From Auanema rhodensis (taxonomy: Eukaryota > Animalia > Nematoda): a stretch of 64,000 nucleotides of DNA. The DNA is taken from contig OZ059894.1 of assembly GCA_964057225.1 (NCBI GenBank), positions 13,206,001 through 13,270,000 of the forward strand, written 5' to 3'. This document shows positions 55,701-61,489 of this stretch, piece by piece; position 1 is the first letter of the stretch, and every line of letters starts with the position of its first letter. The notes beneath the pieces are model-generated. The model was not told where the DNA came from. It ran no database searches and saw nothing but the letters and a program-made list of their open reading frames with translations. The position numbers and the translations under genes are program-made.

Positions 55701-57695
55701 ATTTTCGGACCAATGGCCTCAGCAAACCCAACAATTTCATGCAACTCCCACGGAGTTCATATCCAAGGAATCAGTACGGCAAACCAACAAGTGTGCATCC
55801 AAAACACATGCTTCAACAGTAGTAACAACGGAGACGTCACTCTTCCCACAGCAGAAATATTGACAGACTACCAAGTCAGTTGGACATTTTTTCACAACTC
55901 CAGACTTCAACACATGTTCTTAACATGCCCAGAAGTCCACTTCTGCTCTACAGTTACCTGCACATTTTGTACAGCAACCCTGCTCAATCCATCGTGCTGG
56001 CCTTGGACTTCAATCTTGCTACTGACACTCATAGTATATATGATCACAGCCTTATGCTACGGACTACTATACACACCATGGGTTATCGGCAAACCAATTC
56101 GTCTGTGGTGCTATATAATCTTCTCACTCACACTGACAATTGGACGAAAATTGAAGAAACTCTTCTCAAAAAGAAGGCAATCCGTCATTCCTCTTCTTGC
56201 AATAATACTGTTAGAAATAGGAAACACCTCTGCATGTCAAGAATTGAACATGATTTCAACAAAAGAATCGTCATGCACTCAAAACGAATGTCGAATCCGA
56301 ACATCAGAACGACTTACCATCAGCCCATACACTCAGGAAGCATGTCTCTCATTTACCAACAACGAGGACAAAATCACTTTCCTACGCATCCAGTGGATCA
56401 AAAGCACTTATTCTTGCGAAGTAAATTCACTATACTTCACTAGAGAAAGCATCACTCAAGTCCAAGACAGCAAACGTTGCCCACGAACTGGATCCTGCCA
56501 AGAAACAAAATGCGCCATGATCAGAGAAGACACCAAGATCAATGAACTAACTATGGCCAACCAATACCCAGGACAAACATTCTGCACAGAATCTTGTGGA
56601 GGCATTGGCTGCGGATGCTTCTATCCATCATCCGGTTGCCTCTTCTACAGAACGTATATGAAACCCACGGACAAATCCATTTACGAAGTCTTCACTTGCA
56701 CAGAATGGTCACAATCTACTCAGATGCTACTTACCTATCAAAATGGAACAAATATAATCACCAGAAACATCACATTACACGGCGATTTGATAACTTCTTT
56801 GTCTCCATTCAAGATAGCACTTACCAGCATTACTTCACCCGTCATACCAGCAATGCAATACAAATTCATTCGAAATCTGACGAAAACAGCAGTCTGGAAC
56901 CAACCAGCAACTCTATCTTGCTCATCTAGAGAGAAAGCAATAAAAATGGAATGCCAAGCTACTCCACATTGCGATTGTTCACCAGCCGAAGATACCGTGA
57001 ATTGTCGATGCAAAGACTACTCTTTGAATACATCATTTGAAAATGTGAAAAGTGCCTTACCACTCATCACACCTGCCTACTCCATCGAATCTTCAAATCG
57101 CAAAGTTCACATAACTGTCAACCGTAACATTATGGCCGAACTACACATCACAATTGATGGCAAATTCCAAAGCTCATTCAATTACAGCTCGGAATTTTGC
57201 GACATAACAGACTCCATGTTAACAGGCTGTTACAACTGTCAAAACGGAGCACAGGCTAAAATTATATGTTCCTCATCAACAAATACTCTCGCGGCAACAA
57301 CTTGCGAAGGTACAGCATTCATGCTACACTGCAGCCCTGAAGGAACAATGAACACTATTCGACTTCCAATGACAACAGCTTCACCTCGAACACAGTGTTC
57401 ATACACTTGCGGAAAACAAACGAAGTCATTTTTGCTCACAGGAATATTATATTACGTGAATAATATGGAAGATCTCAACAAACACTACGTCGATGGCAAT
57501 CACTCCTCCATTCATGAGTCAGTTATATCTTTCCCATGGCCTGACATCACTCACTTCTACGACATTTACCTTAACTGGTACAGAGAACTTCTATTTTGTC
57601 TCATTATCCGCATTGGCCATTTCGTATTACATCATGACGACATACTCCATCGCCATCGCGAGCAACACACTTTTCTTCGCTATCAGAATTATTAA
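52578..57695 (+). CDS. pol: Pol-Env part of the polyprotein (RT, RNase H, integrase, Gn-like, Gc); homology runs from ~52653 to ~57605
   Basis: RT: HYIAHQAV, KLRIVYDAS, ADVKKAFLQI, RVPFGINASPFLL, YVDN (53088-53099). RNase H: CTDSS, TIPKAE, SDSEIALAWI, NPADIATRG. Integrase: H-X3-H...CANC, LDYFGP (D 54654), CDNA (D 54834), GGFYERL (E 54966), then the C-terminal FWELW...WSTGKI...KRPVNLLHPLE block. Confidence 0.96.
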   Translation: MAIMFRSHGKKTHTYFRTTEHLLCWIHYIAHQAVITPQKETTKLRIVYDASGHYQNKPSLNDVIHQGPLILPSLIGMILRFRCGPIAMIADVKKAFLQIRLHESERDATRFFWLNDINQPITPENIRTLRFCRVPFGINASPFLLSATIRYHLMQRSHENFLAHQIKENLYVDNLLLACDSSEKICLWYQDIKDIFAEMNMTLQEFISNDATFNNNLSMEEKNSSTTPKVLGLPWDTKTDQWIIETKITETKPTKRGITQAIASIFDPMGMICPSLHPLRLFLQSLWTENFDWDTTLPHELQQKWKELSDNFHMVKAIPRSLPSDPTNSYHLVTCTDSSGSALGFCVYILSASTRKPRLMFAKSKLHSKSSSITIPKAEISALTIGVSNTLKIAKEIRGNIKIETATFLSDSEIALAWIRQKPDQKTTGVLVQNRIKEINECAEQLEDMEIKTFFGYINTKDNPADIATRGCTTAELSDHYWWNPQAQLERAINGPLFTLPQNEVNVHMTTTDDDPNEEPWISDCSSWTQAQEKWIATHYPLTEARTPQHYEEAELNLLHLHQRNLMVRLTAAQRNDLRPLLRDHLWHSRGRMENAELEQSAKLPIIILPKTPTARLLIEHFHEKFHKSTAHTMAEVRQKYWIPQLRSQTQAVIRKCANCQRLNNRPFTYPPSGNVPSRRLQRSQPFKHVGLDYFGPITVKDGNTKVWSCIYTCTVTRLIHLEVIHNLTTTAFLNCLRKIWARRGCPSSITCDNASTFELGQKVANKLFTTTDSGNQYKIRWHNITPYAPWQGGFYERLIRSVKEALYKTLHSTPTTEELTITLAECEATINTRPLTYIGTDTNKDEIIRPCDFIYKDIDLNISVESEEEMDEDYIDSPALQTQADTERAIHSSRKRTNKFWELWTDLYLKEIRATHHHNISVKKAGTKLTPSIGQIVLINELPIPRHKWSTGKITQVHPDRSGNIREATLISETGREIKRPVNLLHPLEISDNEIPEKLKDNATPEKPVHEERRTNLRNLPRVWYGDTTNTLLTFFTILAIFGPMASANPTISCNSHGVHIQGISTANQQVCIQNTCFNSSNNGDVTLPTAEILTDYQVSWTFFHNSRLQHMFLTCPEVHFCSTVTCTFCTATLLNPSCWPWTSILLLTLIVYMITALCYGLLYTPWVIGKPIRLWCYIIFSLTLTIGRKLKKLFSKRRQSVIPLLAIILLEIGNTSACQELNMISTKESSCTQNECRIRTSERLTISPYTQEACLSFTNNEDKITFLRIQWIKSTYSCEVNSLYFTRESITQVQDSKRCPRTGSCQETKCAMIREDTKINELTMANQYPGQTFCTESCGGIGCGCFYPSSGCLFYRTYMKPTDKSIYEVFTCTEWSQSTQMLLTYQNGTNIITRNITLHGDLITSLSPFKIALTSITSPVIPAMQYKFIRNLTKTAVWNQPATLSCSSREKAIKMECQATPHCDCSPAEDTVNCRCKDYSLNTSFENVKSALPLITPAYSIESSNRKVHITVNRNIMAELHITIDGKFQSSFNYSSEFCDITDSMLTGCYNCQNGAQAKIICSSSTNTLAATTCEGTAFMLHCSPEGTMNTIRLPMTTASPRTQCSYTCGKQTKSFLLTGILYYVNNMEDLNKHYVDGNHSSIHESVISFPWPDITHFYDIYLNWYRELLFCLIIRIGHFVLHHDDILHRHREQHTFLRYQNY

Positions 57696-57780
57696 AACCA
57701 CGCTCCGCCTACCCATCATTACGCTTCGTTTTCTCAGGCGCCTCCTCTTCCTCATCACTCAACGGAAGACCCACGTCGCT
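55665..57780 (+). CDS. env: Envelope region: signal peptide, short Gn-like protein (~55725-56234), and phlebovirus-like Gc class II fusion glycoprotein (from 56235; TM anchor split by a +1 frameshift at ~57594-57609)
   Basis: Signal-like LLTFFTILAIFGPMASA|N. Cys-rich CPEVHFCSTVTCTFC...NPSCWP followed by a TM segment. Second signal IPLLAIILLEIGNTSA|CQE. Gc motifs KRCPRTGSC, CTESCGGIGCGCFYPSSGCLFYR (56583-56650; fusion-loop region, compare phlebovirus CGGWGCGCF) and GCYNCQNGA. Several N-x-S/T sequons. Confidence 0.9.
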
Positions 57781-58518
57781 ATCATACTCTTATTCCTAAT
57801 CATGTCAACTCACGCCAACACTATTCGCGATACTCTTGCTTCCTCAGCCGAGAGAAAACAATCATACTTACGTCTGTCCTTAGACAAAAGAAATGATTAC
57901 TACAAGGGCCTATTGCAATCCATGGATCTATCTCTGAAAACTTTATTCCAACTTGAAGCGATTACGAATACTCCTGCTAGAGACATCCAACTTGCCGCTA
58001 CTGATATTCTCTGTTATTTCATCAAAATAAAGGACTTTATCAACACAGCCAGGACCTATAATGTATTCGAAAAGGAGCTTACTGATCTACAACTATTTGG
58101 CAACGAGAAACGACTCACCGAATTGGTGGAAAGAATTCATAAGGACCACTTGGACGACGTAAAATTGGACATGCCCTACGATCCTTTGAGGGCCCCATCA
58201 AGAAAGAGAAGCTGTGAAACATCGCCTCCACGCAAATCCAACATCATTGTAGTGGAAGCGCAACCAGAACTCAAGCTTCTGGTAAATGAGATGAAGGATC
58301 TCCGCAAGGACATCCAACAACTCACAGCACCATTGAACCTCATCATTGAGGAACTTCGCTGCATCAAAAACCTCTTCCAGAAGAGGTCTTTACCTGATAT
58401 CTGCACACAAGGGACTCAAACTCCCTCAAAGCCAAAGCTGAAGAAGACAGAAGCCACAACACCAAACAAGCCATCGACGAGCAAGGAATCTCTGCCTTCC
58501 TACGTCGACCTTTTCTGA
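57493..58518 (+). CDS. Frameshifted Gc TM and cytoplasmic tail (~57598-57780) continuing into an unknown ~238 aa protein (ATG 57802 to TGA 58518)
   Basis: A 341-codon open frame ending 33 nt before the 3' LTR. Hydrophobic ALAISYYIM segment, amphipathic basic tail, hydrophobic VAIILLFLIM, then a helical/coiled-coil region and a basic S/T/P-rich tail. No family recognised. Confidence 0.75.
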   Translation: MAITPPFMSQLYLSHGLTSLTSTTFTLTGTENFYFVSLSALAISYYIMTTYSIAIASNTLFFAIRIIKTTLRLPIITLRFLRRLLFLITQRKTHVAIILLFLIMSTHANTIRDTLASSAERKQSYLRLSLDKRNDYYKGLLQSMDLSLKTLFQLEAITNTPARDIQLAATDILCYFIKIKDFINTARTYNVFEKELTDLQLFGNEKRLTELVERIHKDHLDDVKLDMPYDPLRAPSRKRSCETSPPRKSNIIVVEAQPELKLLVNEMKDLRKDIQQLTAPLNLIIEELRCIKNLFQKRSLPDICTQGTQTPSKPKLKKTEATTPNKPSTSKESLPSYVDLF

Positions 58519-58540
58519 ACAATGCTATTATAGCATATTC

Positions 58541-58551
58541 GGCGGCGGGAG
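58541..58551 (+). other. Polypurine-tract equivalent (GGCGGCGGGAG), plus-strand primer
   Basis: G-rich tract abutting the TG of the 3' LTR, in an otherwise G-poor strand. Confidence 0.8.
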
Positions 58552-59410
58552 TGTGCGAACGCACTCCATCTTTCCCATACTCTTTTTGGACAACGATGCA
58601 CTTTATTCCCACTATTTTATTCACCTATGACTCATACGTGCCGCACACACACATGCAAGTTTATCCGATTACTCACCAGATGTTCCTTCCTTATTGTCTC
58701 TTAAACACATCTATCCATCTTAACCTTTTATGTTAATCTTGTTCTCTTATTGCCTATAGTCTATTTTAATCTTAAGAATTCGTTTAGCTTAATCAATAAT
58801 CTTGTAAGTTGCAATCGAGGTCTAAATGGCTCATGACTCATTCGCCCACTCGCGCATCCTGCAAAATCTGGGAGATGCCGCACAGGATAAGACATGACTC
58901 ATCTACACTTAGCCTGCCCCCACAACTTACAGCAGAAGGCACATTCAATCTGTGGCAAAATGCTGTATTCTCTCTATATTCTATTCTATTCTAATATTCA
59001 GCCCACGTATCTATTATTCCTAGATTATTTTATATTTCATTTATTATATATTATTTCGTATTCTTGTTGTAAATTATTTCTCTATTTCTTCATGCCATCA
59101 TTAATATGTATTGTATATCGCCCGGTAGAATTCGTATATAAGCTCGCAACTTTTCCCATTCTTGACCTCTTGATCCAACGACCGCTCCAAGCGTCGTTCT
59201 GCTGTTGCTGCTGCTCCATATTACTTTGTATTCTTGCTTCGTATTGTGTTCATCTATTTTTCTATTTTTTGTCACTGTTGTCTTTACCAGTTCTCTCTGA
59301 ATAAATCGTTGTCCAAGTAACCTAGCGTTCTCGTTCTCTACACTTCAAATCCACTGAACCACCCATGCCTGTTTTACGCTCTCCTACTTCAAAGGACTCC
59401 AGTCAAAACA
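58552..59410 (+). repeat. 3' LTR (859 bp, complete)
   Basis: Starts TGTGCGAAC right after a G-rich tract and ends TCAAAACA, followed by the TSD. Confidence 0.97.
59300..59305 (+). terminator. Polyadenylation signal AATAAA in the 3' LTR (5' LTR copy at 50935-50940)
   Basis: The only AATAAA seen downstream of the TATA box in the LTR; flanked by T-rich sequence. Confidence 0.7.
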
Positions 59411-59415
59411 CCAAT
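59411..59415 (+). repeat. Target-site duplication, right copy (CCAAT)
   Basis: Directly follows the ...TCAAAACA end of the 3' LTR. Confidence 0.95.
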
Positions 59416-61489
59416 TCATTTTACTCCATTTTCTTCATTTAATCACGTATTTTGAAACAATCTCATATTTTTACAATAGTTTTGAAACAATTCATTCGTT
59501 CATTAAGATTTGAAACATTAAAAACGATCTTAATTTGAATTTTCTGATACTAAGAAAATAAAACATGGAAATATTTTATAATTTTCCAATTCATTTTATT
59601 CCATTTTCTTCATTTAATCACGTATTTTGAAACAATCTCAAATTTTTACAATAGTTTTGAAACAATTCATTCGTTCTGTAAGATTTTAAACAGTGAAAAA
59701 AAAAAGTTTAAATATTTTGATACTCAAGAAATAAAACATGAAAATATTTTATAATTTTCCAATTCATTTTACTCCATTTTCTTCATTTAATCACGTATTT
59801 TGAAACAATCTCATATTTTTACAATAGTTTTGAAACAATTCATTCGTTCATTGAGATTTGAAACATTAAAAACGATCTTAATTTAAATTTTCTGATACTA
59901 AAAAAATAAAACATGAAAATATTTTATAATTTTCCAATTCATTTTACTCCATTTTCTTCATTTAATCACGTATTTTGAAACAATCTCATATTTTCACAAT
60001 AGTTTTAAAACAATTCATTCGTTCATTGAGATTTGAAACATTAAAAACGATCTTAATTTGAATTTTCTGATACTAAGAAAATAAAACATGGAAATATTTT
60101 ATAATTTTCCAATTCATTTTATTCCATTTTCTTCATTTAATCACGTATTTTGAAACAATCTCAAATTTTTACAATAGTTTTGAAACAATTCATTCGTTCT
60201 GTAAGATTTTAAACAGTGAAAAAAAAAAGTTTAAATATTTTGATACTCAAGAAATAAAACATGAAAATATTTTATAATTTTCCAATTCATTTTACTCCAT
60301 TTTTTTCATTCAATCACGTATTTTGAAACAATCTCAAATTTTAACAATAGTTTTGAAACAATTCATTCGTTCTGTAAGATTTTAAACAGTGAAAAAAAAA
60401 GTTTAAATATTTTGATACTCAAGAAATAAAACATGAAAATATTTTATAATTTTCCAATTCATTTTACTCCATTTTCTTCATTTAATCACGTATTTTGAAA
60501 CAATCTCATATTTTTACAATAGTTTTGAAACAATTCATTCGTTCATTGAGATTTGAAACATTAAAAACGATCTTAATTTAAATTTTCTGATACTAAAAAA
60601 ATAAAACATGAAAATATTTTATAATTTTCCAATTCATTTTACTCCATTTTCTTCATTTAATCACGTATTTTGAAACAATCTCATATTTTCACAATAGTTT
60701 TAAAACAATTCATTCGTTCATTGAGATTTGAAACATTAAAAACGATCTTAATTTGAATTTTCTGATACTAAGAAAATAAAACATGGAAATATTTTATAAT
60801 TTTCCAATTCATTTTATTCCATTTTCTTCATTTAATCACGTATTTTGAAACAATCTCAAATTTTTACAATAGTTTTGAAACAATTCATTCGTTCTGTAAG
60901 ATTTTAAACAGTGAAAAAAAAAAGTTTAAATATTTTGATACTCAAGAAATAAAACATGAAAATATTTTATAATTTTCCAATTCATTTTACTCCATTTTCT
61001 TCATTTAATCACGTATTTTGAAACAATCTCATATTTTTACAATAGTTTTGAAACAATTCATTCGTTCATTGAGATTTGAAACATTAAAAACGATCTTAAT
61101 TTAAATTTTCTGATACTAAAAAAATAAAACATGAAAATATTTTATAATTTTCCAATTCATTTTACTCCATTTTCTTCATTTAATCACGTATTTTGAAACA
61201 ATCTCATATTTTCACAATAGTTTTAAAACAATTCATTCGTTCATTGAGATTTGAAACATTAAAAACGATCTTAATTTGAATTTTCTGATACTAAGAAAAT
61301 AAAACATGGAAATATTTTATAATTTTCCAATTCATTTTACTCCATTTTCTTCATTTAATCACGTATTTTGAAACAATCTCATATTTTTACAATAATTTCG
61401 AAACAAATCATCCAGTTAATAATGTTTTTAACAGTAAAAAAGATATAGTTTTGAATATTTTGATACTCAAGAAATAAAACATGAAAATA

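Larger units (their letters stand above)
50187..59410 (+). mobile_element. BEL/Pao LTR retrotransposon / endogenous belpaovirus with phlebovirus-like env (Cer7/Cer13/Atlas-like), defective copy, 9,224 bp
   Basis: Paired LTRs offset by 8365 bp, TGT...ACA termini and a 5 bp TSD (CCAAT). Domain order is Gag-PR-RT-RH-IN-Env. BEL-type motifs include triple CCHC, KLRIVYDAS, YVDN, NPADIATRG and PWQGGFYERLI. Confidence 0.97.

Noticed and set aside
51000-57439. Short alternative-frame and antisense ORFs overlapping gag/pol/env (e.g. 55880-56443, 52054-52383)
   Set aside because: No recognisable motifs; these are expected shadows of a long, compositionally biased ORF.
52681-58551. Ty3/Gypsy or vertebrate retrovirus classification
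   Set aside because: The domain order is shared, but the triple CCHC, YVDN, KLRIVYDAS and NPAD-x-x-TRG motifs indicate BEL/Pao.
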